From Podarcis liolepis (Eukaryota): 64,000 nt of DNA. The notes beneath the pieces were generated by a model that ran no database searches, was not told the DNA's origin, and saw only the letters and a program-made list of their open reading frames with translations. The stretch lies in NCBI GenBank assembly GCA_965112155.1, contig OZ218103.1; one strand, given 5' to 3'. A program made the translations under genes and the position numbers. Below, piece by piece: positions 38,506 through 50,777 of the stretch; the stretch's first letter is position 1; each line of letters opens with the position of its first letter.

Positions 38506-39780
38506 AGAACCATTCATTTCCTTGTTGCATCATGGAAAGGAAGAATTGGTTAAATACCATAAAGCATATTTAACTGCCAACATCATAGGAACCACATTCC
38601 CTTCTGGGCAGTCCTCCGAGAGCCACATGTCACTGTTGGTTAGGGCCAGAGGCAAAAGTGGGCAGAGCAATAAATGTGAAGGTAACTTCTGTATGGTAGA
38701 CTAGTTTCTTCAGACTCACACATCTCTCTCTATCCTCCATCCAGCCAAGCAAAAGCCCTCAAGGAAGGTGCAAAGCAAGGCTGGTGAGGGGTGTGTCTCA
38801 GGAGGATGTATAACCTGGGGAGAGTCCTGAGGGCTATAGAGAGAGGAATGGTGGGCCACCATTGTTCCCCGCCCTGAGGAGAAGAGTATGGTGTCTCCAC
38901 GATGACAAATCTTAAAAACCACTTTTGACAATCATTTAGTAAGGATTGGTTAGAAAGAAAGAAAATAGTACAAAGAGAGCAAAACTAACTGGAGGGGAAT
39001 GACATTAAGTAATGGGCAATCCAACACTGGCTTATGCTGGCCAGGGTTTTTTCCCTTTTTATCTTCGGGTGGCTCCTACTTTTTTTAATTTCCGCTTTGG
39101 CTTCCCAGCAGACATAGTTGAGGGACCCAATCCTGGTGCCTCCCAGGGGAATGAAAGAGCTGTGAACCTGGCACACCCCTGACCGCCTCTGACTCAGCCC
39201 CAGAACACCCAGTTTGGGGGGCTCCCCACAGTGAAAACATCTCCAGTGAATCTAGGGGTTGGGATTGCTCTCTAAATAGGTAAATATCTCACACATGCCA
39301 ACACACACAACACACTTCCCTTGGAATTGGATAACTTGGCCTCCTACCTCCCTGAAGTGTGCACAAAAGACCAGCTTTTTGTGAGTGACCCCAAAAAGCG
39401 CATTGGTTGCTATTGAGAAGGGAGGTAGAATTGAGGTTGAGATGACTTTTGGTCTTCAATTTTTGAGGAGGCTGTGATTGCGACAAAGAAGCAGTGGTGG
39501 CATGGGAAGCTTTGCAGTCCCCAGGAGCCAACACCTTCAAAATACCCTCCTCACTTCGTTTTTCTACACCCAGCCATCTGCCAACAAAAGGCAGATTAAA
39601 GCTAGCCAAATTCAATTTCTACTCACTGCTGCCACAGCTCGACATCTGGGGCTAAAGTGTCCCCGACAAAGCGAACATGACAGCCACATTGCTTTTTTGT
39701 CACATCCAGTAGCATGTTGATCTTCTAAAAGTCTCATAAAAATTTATTGATGTCTCCCATATTGCTGTGATTGGGAAGAA

Positions 39781-39782
<2 letters not shown>

Positions 39783-39828
<46 letters not shown>
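39783..39828. repeat. (GT)n microsatellite
   Basis: Direct reading. Confidence 0.98.
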
Positions 39829-39830
<2 letters not shown>

Positions 39831-40089
39831 ATGCTTCTAGAATAGATCTGATTTGATATGTCTTGTTCTATTGTCAGCATCTGTTTAGCAAGGCTTTTTA
39901 ATACTTTCTGGCTGCCGATCAGTCATCCCTAGCTTGGGATGCCGACTTGCATACAAATTTTATTATTAAGTACAATTCCTTCTCTCCCCACTATCCTCCC
40001 CCCCACACCACCCTCCCCTCTACCTATCCACCCATCCATCCATCAACCCCCCCAAGGCTAAGAAGAGGGACCTCCAGCTGTGGGAGCCC

Positions 40090-40470
40090 TGCAAGCGCAA
40101 GACATCAGCTTGGGTAACATATTTCAGAGCCCCATTTTTGCCTGTTGCAGGTGCTTTGTATCAGTAAATCGAATCATGGGGAAATCATTTATTTCCTAAT
40201 GCTGTTTGTGGCATGTTAGCTGGAGAATTTACATGAGAGAGATTACTTTAATAACCAAAAAAATTACAGTGCGGGGTCTCCCCGCCCCGTCGCCTTTGAT
40301 ATGTAATTGTTTCAAATTTAACCTGTCTGGAGTGAGGGTGAAAGGCATTATTAAATCTGAAGCATCTTGCTCCAGGGAGGGCGGGGAGGGGGAGGATCAC
40401 CCTAGTGTGAACCTCCTTCCAGCCGTTAAATAGAAATGGAGTGAAATTAACAAATCAACCAAGCAGAGAG
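40090..40470. promoter_or_regulatory. Candidate CNE/enhancer
   Basis: CCTTTGAT (TCF/LEF), GC box ccccgccccg, TAATTG, AAATCAA and retained CpGs. Confidence 0.45.
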
Positions 40471-42877
40471 AAAGAAGGAATTCCTACAGCCTGGAGAAAG
40501 GCCCTTCTAATTTTAGTAATTTGTCTCTCTTTTCTCTGCTCCACATTCTCCTCCTGTGACCCAGTCCTGTGTGATACCTAATGCTCTTCATTCCTGCTAG
40601 CGTCTCTGTACATTAATTTTGTTCAAGGGCTGAGATCCATACTGGACCAAGGGTCTCAGGGAAAATGTGAACTGCAGAGAAATGTAACCATTTATATTTA
40701 GAAATGTAATTCCTTATCAGGTATCCTCCGACTAATAGAGACTGTAATCCGTCACACAGCAACAAGGCAGTGTATATGAATGACTGCACCCAGACAGGGT
40801 TATACCAGGAAGGTGCCTGTCACATCAGCGTCCCACAGGACGCTAACTTTGCAGCAGGATTTCTGGTCAAACAAAGTGGCAAGTGCTTGTAGAGTTTTCA
40901 ACCAGTTTCTGTGTCCCATAAGCAGTAAGAGCAGGTGGTAATGCGTTGTGAGACAAGTTATCCACAGCACAGCTAACTACTTTTCTGCATGGCAAGTAGG
41001 TCTCTTAATGGTTTCCCAAATCACCTGTTTTTTCAGCACACTTTGGTTTCAGTTTCACCCCTTTACCTGCCTCTCCTGGACTGGGCTGTGGTTTCATCCA
41101 AGATCTTGTCTTACCCAACATGGCCACTTCAAGAAGTCATCAGGGTTGGGAATTTGCCAGGGCCCAGAACCAGTAAGGGGACAACTAACTGAAAGTGAAT
41201 GCCACCACTTTGACTGTCATTTGCTACTAGGATTGACTAGGTTTGGAAGGGACACTAGAGCAAACCCTTAACTAAGTTGAGGTGTTTTTGTGTTTTTTTA
41301 AGAATCTGCCTGAGATTTGCCAAGTGTGTACGCCATTAGTTCTGACTAGTTTGCATGCCTTGCTTCCTTCTGCCCTTCAGGGCTGTGCTTTAGTTCTCCC
41401 CACCCCCTCAACAGCTTAATCAGGGTACCATAGAGCTCCCTTTGTGCATCCACTCTGCAATGTGGTAAAGTGCTACCCTTCGCTCCAATCACTAGGTAAT
41501 ATCACTGCTACCCTGCCTATGAGTCTTCTTTAAGCTAGTGGGTGAGCAGCCTTTGATCTTGGGAATGGGGGAATTGCCAGTGAACTCACTCCACTTGCCG
41601 CTGGATGCCAGAGCCAGCCTAACCTCTTCTTATTCCCCGTTGGCACAAATCTTTGGAGTAAGTTACCTATTAGCCTGGCTCATGGGTCACAGGCCATAGA
41701 GTGCTTTCCAATTGTTTTGCAAAGCAGTGAAGCCACTGCTGCAATTACAGCTGGACTGCTCACAATGGCAGGTCATGAGGGGAGGATAATTGGCTTTGGA
41801 ACACCCTGTGGAAGAGGGGACAGCATGAGACAGGCCACATATACAGGAGCCTTGAGAGATGTGGTATTTGAGGGCAATTGTTGCTTTGCCTAGATGAGAG
41901 AAATTGGCAGGATCTACTCTTGGGTTCCTATCAGAGAAATTTAAGTTAAGAGAAAGCACTGCTGTGGGGGAATGCTTGAGGTATGTCTATCCAATCTTTG
42001 AGCAATGGAGTCTTTGGTGTAAGAAGAGTTGTGAATGGATGTGTAGTGGTTTGGGAAGGCCATTGTAACACGGGCATGAGAAACCTCCAGACCATCATGC
42101 CTCAGAACCAGATCATGGAGGTCTTTGCAGCCCATGCCCCAACCTAATGGTGTGCCAGCTGCCTCACTCCATGCTCTGCTTCCAGTTTGGTTGCCTTCCT
42201 CCCTCCGATCTTGCTGTCCCTCATTCTCCTCTGCATAAATGAATGAGGAGAGCCAAAGAGAACAAGGAGAGTTATTAAAGGGTCCTTGTCCAAGTTGCCC
42301 AAGACGTCTCCAGAAGCTGGAGCCAGTCCAGTTAAATGGCCATGGTTTCAAATTGCAACACTATGCATTACTTCTGTTTATGATACTTAATGGTGTATTT
42401 TCCCATAGGGCCAGGCCTGCCTCCCTAGTGGACATGGAAAACTTTATTATGCTACAAGAATAATGTAGGTGTAAAAGGCAGATGCACTTCAGAGCTTCTG
42501 TGATACCTAGAGTATGATTTTGGATACAGGAAGTCAACGTTATATCCTTGCTCAGCTTCAGAGTTGACAGGGTAGCACTGAGTGTCACTGTCTCTCAGTC
42601 TAATCTGCCTCACAGGGTTTTTGTGAGAACACCAATCCTGCTCTGAAGAAAGGGCAGGATTCAAATGTAATATATAAATAATAGGGATAGAAAGTTGGGT
42701 ACAGTGTGGTGGTGATGGTCTTCTGTGTGGAAAGTGAGTTCCTAGTTGTCTGGATCTCATCATAGAGGGCTTTACAGCACCAACCCCCCCCCCCCAAGGT
42801 CTGAAAAGTCTTACCTTGTAGAATTTATCTGCCCACTTTCAGTATGGTACTGATACTCTTCTTTTCTCTCTTGACAG

Positions 42878-42923
42878 TAAGAACTCTATATTGAAGGATG
42901 TCATGGCTCCAGGTACTCCCAAG
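42878..42923 (+). CDS. RNF220: RNF220 internal coding exon, 46 nt: (S)KNSILKDVMAPGTPK
   Basis: Strong pyrimidine tract ctcttcttttctctcttgacag|, donor AAG|gtaagt. Phase-2 start completes the AG+T Ser codon from the previous exon. Matches recalled RNF220 KNSLLKDAMAPGTPK. Ends in phase 0. Confidence 0.93.
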
Positions 42924-44716
42924 GTAAGTGAGTCAAATTTGGTCACATATTGTTTTCCAATATCCTCCATGCCCCTACAAACACTGTTTCTTGGTCCAAT
43001 TTGATCTTCCTTTCATAATCTTCATAACAGTATGTGGTATCAAACAGTTGTCTTGTCCTGTACACAGACCCTGAAGTTCCCTGGGCAGGGGACAGTCACT
43101 TAAGTCTTTATTCCTGCATCCCTCTTTATATTAGTGCCTCAATACGTAGTGGGCATGCTTAGAACCCATTGTAAAACCATTTCAGCGTTCTAAAATACTT
43201 CCAGATTTTACTAGAATTGGCCTTTGGGTCCCTGCAATTGGAGATTAAATCATCTTAACTTGTGACCTTCACACTGGGTGCTCTGGAACCAGAGACACTA
43301 GTTTGGTGAAGTGGGTGTCTGCAGCAATTCTATCTTCTCTGTCTCCAATCTCCATCTGTAATGTGTTAGGGGTGGGGTGTGCTTAGCTGTGGCTAAACAA
43401 ATGTGTATGTGGTGGCAAATGCAGGGTCATTGCCGAATAATGTCGGAAGTGGCCCTTAGGACCAAGCAGAAAAACTTTGTAGGTTGTTGTGCTACCTGCT
43501 GTCATAGGCTACTAGTAATGTGTGCGCCACACCCTATACAGTGTGGTCTTAGTGCTACTCTGGCAGATCATGAGCTGCCATTCTTGATTCAGAAACAAAC
43601 ATACACAGCAGAAGCAGGCATGCAAGTAAAAGGGAAAACATCAATTAAAAATCAAGAATCTTCTTATTCGCCTTTGTGCCTCACAAGGGAGTAGGAAAGA
43701 GCAGCATGAAAAGCAGCTCTTGTACTGTGCATTTTGGTTGTGCTCATTGCTGGATGGTGATAACTCATCTGTCCCAAACACCAAGCCTGAGGAGGCGTTC
43801 AATAGGCAGATTAGTTGTTTGGAAGTAAATATAGAGAGTTAGAGACAGTCACCAGATAAGGAAGAAAAAGGCCTTTTCTCCCAGCAGGGATTGAGCCTTT
43901 GAAGCTTCAAGCAACAAAGAATCCCATTTGCTTTGAGTGAAGGGATTAAGGCAGGATAGTTGAGGGGTCCTGTGTAACCAAGATCACTTGTCTGCTGTCG
44001 CCACATGGCGTCCCCCTCCCTTCACTCTCCCACCATCACCTAAGAACGTTAAGAAGAGGGGGCTTTTGAATTCTTCTTACAGCCTCTTGGCCTCAGAATT
44101 GTTATTCTCAAGTGGCACTTGCTTGAAGAACAGGCCTGCGTGATGCAAAAGGTGCTGCGCTTCTCACTTAATAGCTAGACTAAGTGTAAGTCTGCCTTGG
44201 TCTTCAACTGGTGGGTCAAGATTCCCTATCAAGTCATGGGCTGATCTAAGGTGGGTTGCAACAGCAGTGCTACCACCATTTAAGTATATGGTGAAAAAGA
44301 AAGAAAGAAATGGCCCTTAAATATATGTTTAGGTTAAAAGTGGGTACTGGGTCTGAAAAGGATGAAGAGTAGTGGTCTAGAAACACCATTCTCTGACATA
44401 GAAGTCCTTCCTCCTCAATCCCTGGTTTGCTGGGATTCTCTATAGTTATTTAGTGGCAAGATAAATGGGTCCCACTCACACGTTTCTGGCATTGAAAAAG
44501 ACCTGCAAATTGGCCCTGGAACGATCCAAGATGCCAAAAATTGTGCAAAGAAAATGGGCAAATTTACTTAAATTTCACATTTTATGTAGGCTTGCACATT
44601 TTGGATTTTAATTTTCAAAATGGGATCCCCCCCCCCACCTGCCACTAACAGTTGACTAAAATAAATGTTTGGGTGCAAGTTTTGAGACACAAGGATTATT
44701 TGTTGAAGATGCAGTA

Positions 44717-45396
44717 CGTAATGTTTGGTGGGTGCTAAATGCTTGGGTTTAAGAAATGTTAGGATTTAATTAGAACTGGTATGTTAGGACTGGTAATAGC
44801 CAGACTTGTGTGTATTTAAATTGTGGGTTAGCCACTGTTAATCCCCTGGAATTAGCATATGGAATTAGCATATGTGAAGGGTTAATTTACCTAGGCACAC
44901 TTCCTGGGTTGTGTAATATTCACGAAAGCAACAAGTGTTAACGAAGTCAGTCAGGCTTCTTTGTGAGGTGATGGGCGGTGGGATAAGCAATTATAGAGAT
45001 CAGAGGATTAGGTATTAACACAACACAGGATCAAAGGAAATAGGTGTGAGAATACAAATGTGTGGTCTCTTTCTGAGGAGAGTAAAAAAGGAAAGCTGAT
45101 AAGCTATGGTGTTGTTTCCTGTGTTGTGCCCTGCAGTGCAAGAAAGGCTGCAGAGAAAAGGATGGGGCTCTGCTTACCAATGTTGTTACTATGGAATGAG
45201 CTGGCAGCTATTGGGATGCTACTGCTGTGAGCCCTACCATTGACAGCTCCAGGTTGTATATATGTGTAAATAAACCATCTATCATAAAGACACTACAGCC
45301 TTTGTTGAACCTCATTCCCAAAGGAAACACTAACCCTTGATAAGCATGCCTGAAACCCCGGGAATCTTGCGCAGCCGATTGGAGTGGCATGTAACA
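44717..45396 (+). mobile_element. Solo-LTR-like element
   Basis: Ends in TGTAACA, has gtaaATAAAcc near 45268 and an internal direct repeat ggaattagcatat x2. 5' end and TSD not resolved. Confidence 0.45.
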
Positions 45397-46444
45397 GTGC
45401 ATTGAAGTTTAAAAAGAAGAGAGGGAAGGTATGGCAGGGAATTCTGATGCTGCATTATTGTTTCTGGTGGTCTGCCCAACCACTAACGTTCCTCTGAGGA
45501 GGAAGAGTTTGATGAAGTCTCACAGTGGATAGATTCTTTACTAAATTTTCTCTGTACTTTAAGCCAGAAAAGGCACTATGTACCTAGATTCCATCAGTGT
45601 TCCTGAATCCCTAGTAACAGCTTTGCCATGTACTTCTGTGATGACCTTGGGGAAATCACATAATACCTCAGGGCTTCATCTCTAAAAGTGATAGACGATA
45701 AAAGATTAATAATTAAATCTGCTCATTGTGGCTGTAGGGGAGAGGGAGAGACCAGAGAACTGTCCATGTATATTTGAAATATGTCAGCACTTAGGGCTGG
45801 TATTCATGTGGGAGAAAGACTGGGAAAAAGATTGGGTAGTTGTAATTAAGTTTGGAAACATATCCACTAAGGCTGTGATCCTAAGTATACTTTATTGGAA
45901 GTGAGCATTATTGAAATCAATTAGTCTTACTTCCAAGCACATGGATTTAAGAACAGAATTCCTTCCTTCCTGTCAACCAGCAAACCAAATGGATTTCCAC
46001 ATATTCCACATATTTCCACAATATATTCCACATATTGAAAACTCACAGGAGACGTGGAAGACACTCTGGTGCTGGTTTTTAAAAACTAGTTCAAACATAA
46101 CCATATAGAGTGTATGACGGATTATCTGTGTGCTCTAGGCTGAAATGAGGTTTAGTTCTGACTTCTGTGTCCAAAGTTGAGTGGAAAATAGTATCAAGAA
46201 ACACCTTTCTTGAGATTCAAGGAGGATGTCATAGCTCAGTAGTAGAACACATGTTTTGCATGTAAAATGTCCCAGGTTCAGTCTCTGGCAGGGATGGCAG
46301 TGAACCACTGGCAGTCAGACTGTAGACAATGGGCTTACCCTAACTTCCTCTTCTATCACTGTCTTTCCCCCGGGGGAGGGGGCACTTATTAGTGTTCTAA
46401 CAGAGCAAACAGCAAGGGGTGGGCAAACAAAAATGCTCAGGCAC

Positions 46445-46755
46445 CAGTGGCGGAGTGTAAGCCAGTGCTACCTGGGATGGGTGCGTGGGGCGTGCCCTCC
46501 AGGGGGGCGGTGCACAGAGGACGGCCTCCCATGTGCCAGTGTCCAGGGGATAAGAAGGACATGGAAGCTGCCACCTACTCTCCTCCTACTCTTCGCCGCT
46601 GGATCAGGCCTGACCCAGGGGCAGAGCTGTGGCCAGGCACGAGCTCAGCAGCCAAGGCGCAGCTCCTTCTCACATGGAGCCAGGCTCTAATGAAGGTGCC
46701 TGCAGTGGGGGTGCCCGTTTGCACCCAGGGCCGCCCCCCCATGCTATGCCTATGC
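46445..46755. mobile_element. GC-rich non-autonomous DNA element (hAT/Harbinger-like)
   Basis: cagtggcggag ... ctatgcctatg imperfect termini; abrupt GC-rich segment. Confidence 0.4.
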
Positions 46756-48267
46756 CAGGCACAGAACTTTAAAGTGCAGACCTGTGCCTGGGGAAATTGG
46801 GGCAAATAAGTGTGCAAAGGCCCAGAGAGCAAAGTTATTGGGATTCCTTGCATGGCAACATGCTAGCATGGTCAAGTCTTTGCCTTCCCCAGCTTTCATT
46901 GAGGCATAGAGAACCATGCAGGGTTCTCTGGTGTAACTCAAACAGTGGTTCAAATTGCCAGAAGCTGAAGTTGGCATTCCTCCTTAAGTGCTGCTGTGGC
47001 TTCCTGAAGACAAACAGACAAAGGAGCCAGTGGGAGTATGTGAGTTTACTGGGCATTGGGAAAGTGTCAGAGAATAAAAGATGCTGGTGGTGTTCGCGTC
47101 TTGAGATGCTGAGACCACTGGTGCTGTTACAAAGCACCGCAAAAGCTGGTATCACTCATTGCATTCGGGTTACAGTTCCCAAGTGATAACAGCTATTAGC
47201 AACACTTTGACTGCTTCCCCACCATGCAGGGGAGGGCAGGAGACAGAAAACATGTCAAGCCATCACCTCCATGTTAAGTGATAAGTACCTATTTAGATGG
47301 CAGAGTTAAAGTCCAACGCATCAGGCAGGAAACACTTTGCGCAGGAGAGAAGGGAAAGGCCAGAGCGAGATGTAAAAAGCAGGGTTAGGGTATTTGTTGT
47401 GCTGACAGCAGCTGTGATTGATTGTTTAAGAGAAATAAACTGCCTGTGTTTTCGGGGCTATCAAAAAGCAGGAGCCCAGCACTTAATAGTCTCAAATGGG
47501 TGGCCTTGAAAGGAAACAAAGTGTCACTGCTGCCGGCTCACCGCTTCCCAGTGCTGACATCTGACCTGTCTCTGAGACAGGGAGGGGATAGTTTTAGGAG
47601 AGGCAGCAATGAGCGTGTGTTACAATCTTGATGTGTTTTCTTGGCTGTGGGCTGCTCCCAAATCATAGGTGTCCCTCGCCTTGTGCTTGCTTCCACCCAT
47701 GCCCCTGGGTCAGCATGGCACACTCACATGTTTATGTGAGCACATACATGTATGCACCTGACATGCATGGGCACTTCTTATACACATACACACAGAGTGA
47801 GCAGTCATTCACCTAGCCCAGGCATGGCCAGGCTTGCACAGACTGGTTTGTTTTTTTACCAGCACTTTGAGCTCCTGCAACGAGTACCAGAGGCAAAAGG
47901 ATGGCTCCAGGGAAGAAACCAGTTACCTATCTCCACTGCCCCACACCTACCCTGGCCACTTTAGTCTTGCATATCCAAGTACAAATATCTGAACTCTGCA
48001 GTAACTCTGGAACCCTAGCACCTCAGTTTAAGGTTTCTGCTATTGCTGATGTTAAATAACTGAGAGGCAGAACCTCCTGCTAATCTACTATGTGATCTGG
48101 CTATCTACCAGTAGATTCTGATATACCTTCTAACATGCAGATGATAAAACAATTTCAAAACACTCATGAGTTTTTCTTGCCTGTGCGCATGAACACATAG
48201 GTGCTCTCACAATCATTTGGAGATATATTCAAGAGCACCAAGATATATCGTGTATGTGGACCTATAC

Positions 48268-50624
48268 TTCCGAAAATTTATAATGAAATCTTCCAAATGT
48301 TCGTAGAGCTTAGTACTCCACCTAAAGTTTGGGTACTTAAACATAGCGCTAGCCCTTGGTTTGATGATGAATGTTTCCAGCTAAAAAGAAAGCTGCGCCA
48401 AACATTTAAAAATAATCGCGCTAAACTAGAGCCCTCTTATCTTGATGAAAAAAGACAATACCATTACATTCTGGCCGAAAAGAAACAGAAATATGCAACC
48501 CAAAAATGGCTACAATTACTCGACTCAATTCAGAGTAAAAACAACAAAGCGTTCTGGAACCTGGTGTACGGAGGATTGAAAGCCGAAAACCAACTAACTC
48601 TACCACCAATTGCAGAATCCAAATGGTCCCAATACTTCACATCTGTATTTAACAATCTACACAGTGAACTCAAAGGAAATGAGACCACTAAAAATAAAAT
48701 CAATAAACTCCAGGAGTGGCCAAGGGTAGAAGAAGAGGAAATTAGAGAGATAGTTAAAAATTTCAAATCGGGGAAATCTCCTGGGCCAGACGGTCTACCA
48801 ATAGAATTATTCAAGACCTATATAGATTGGTGGGCAGAACCCTTAGCTCAATTGTTTACTCTCATAGATAAATATGGGATCATACCTGAGATATGGTTAA
48901 GATCAATAATTATCCCAATCTTTAAAAACGGCGACCCAAAAGAACCAAGGAATTACAGACCGATAAGCCTATTATCAGTGATAGGGAAAATCTACGCCAA
49001 GCACCTTTTATCTAAACTTCTTACCTGGATGAAAAATCTAAATTTACCAGGGAAAGAACAAATAGGTTTCTCCAAAGGTTGCTCTACATTAGACCACTGC
49101 CTTATACTTATGCATTTGGTTGAAAAATATAGATCCCAAAGGCAATCTAAGATATATGCTGCTTTTGTAGACTTTCGTGGTGCATTCGACTCAATTGACC
49201 GCCCAAAGCTGTGGAGGAAACTCGCAGAATTAAAAATTGATCAGCGCTTATTGATTCTAATACAAAATCTATACTCTTCCAATACCTGTCAAGTCAAACT
49301 TAACACCAAAGGTCACCTTTCATCAGACATCCCAAACTTGAAAGGGGTAAAACAAGGGTGTATTCTCGCTCCCTTTCTATTTAATTTATTTTTATCAGAC
49401 TTGCCAGATCACCTCCAAAAAATAGAATCACATGCCCCTAAACTTAATCAGAAACCAGTTCCTCTCTTATTATACGCAGACGATGCTGTCCTACTATCAT
49501 TAACGAGCTTGGGTCTGAAACGTCTTATATCTTCTCTGATCCTTTACTGCGAATGTAACAAACTCTCTATAAATTATGAGAAGACAAAAATTTTGGTCTT
49601 CTCGAATGGTTGGAAATTAGAGAAATGGAAAATAAGAGGGCAAGAAATCCAACAAGTGAAAATCTATAGGTATCTGGGAATCTTATTCCAGAGCAATTTA
49701 GGGTGGGCAAATCATCGCACAAATGCCATAAAACAGGCAAAGTGTACCTCATCAGCAGTTGCCCGTTTTTATTATCAGAAAGGTAATCAATTTATTCCTG
49801 CGGCCAATCAGATATTTCAAACAAAAGTGCAATCCCAGATATTCTATGGAATCCCGCTATGGGTCCAAGCATATAACAGTGATTTAAAAAAGATTCACTC
49901 CAGCTTTCTGAGACGTATTCTTGGACTCCCAGCTGTGATCAAATATGAAACAATGTGTGCAGAAATAGGCATACACACAATGGAATATTGGGCATGGTCC
50001 ACCTCAATAAAGTACTGGTTACGCTGCCATTTTCGCTGCCCTCCATCAAGTCTGCTCGCTGATTTGCTCAAAGACTCCTATAAATCAAGATGGTATCAGT
50101 ACCTCGAAAAAAAGATTGAATCTTTAGGCATCGAGCTGGAGCCCCTGTACAATTCTAATGAGCAATACATTTTCCATAATATCCTAACTAGACTAAAGGA
50201 TGTCGAGAGACAAAATATTATGGCAGCTGTAAACAAAATTTGCTCCCCCATATTCTATGATTTAAATATCCTAGACAGCAGAGCCAATTACGTCACTAAA
50301 TTAATAATCCCAGCCCAACGTAGGGCTTTTATGCTGGCCCGTTTGAATGTTTTTCCCTCAGCATTTGTCAGGGGAAGATATCAAAACATTCCTAGAAACA
50401 AGAGATTCTGCAGATGTTCTATGAATGTCCCGGACACTGTAGAGCATATTCTCTTTCATTGCCCATTGTACAGTATCCCACGTCAACGCGTGCTGTCCCC
50501 TCTTTTGGGTGGTCTGGAACCCCAGCAAGGTGAATGTGTGGGATTCTGCCTATCCGACGTTGACCAAAGGGTAACGGCGGGGGTAGCCGAGTTTTTGGCA
50601 GCAGTCCTCCAAGGAGCAGGTTAA
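48268..50624 (+). CDS. LINE ORF2 remnant: reverse transcriptase plus C-terminal Cys/His domain; AP-endonuclease domain absent (5' truncation)
   Basis: Within track ORF 48201..50624 (807 aa): KSPGPDG, NYRPISLLS, QIGF, FVDFRGAFDSIDR, GVKQGCILAPFLFN, YADD, YRYLGI and CRCSMNVPDTVEHILFHC. The first ~22 codons (48201-48267) are host flank plus TSD; first in-frame ATG is at 48297. Confidence 0.92.
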
Positions 50625-50777
50625 CAACGAAAACCACTGATTTTATATGTATATATATATATATGTATGTAGCCAACTGCTGCCTTTTATATATATTTCA
50701 AAGCTTTTATATGTTATTTCCTCTTTTATGGTTTTATTTGCACAATGCCTAATAAAGGTTTGATAAGTATAAGTGTA
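48268..50777 (+). mobile_element. 5'-truncated non-LTR retrotransposon (LINE, RTE-X-like clade), recent insertion, sense to RNF220
   Basis: Perfect 16-bp TSD GTATGTGGACCTATAC at 48252-48267 and 50778-50793. Uninterrupted RT ORF, short AT-rich 3' UTR, AATAAA at 50751-50756 and a short repeat tail (gataagtataagtgta). Clade assignment is inferred from the C-terminal GR..R.C.C...EH..CP.Y motif. Confidence 0.93.

Noticed and set aside
48201-50624. RT ORF as a retron, DGR, group II intron or stand-alone host gene
   Set aside because: Non-LTR RT motifs, 5' truncation, 3' tail and a perfect TSD identify a LINE insertion. The GTG start at 48201 lies in host flank and is not a credible initiation codon.
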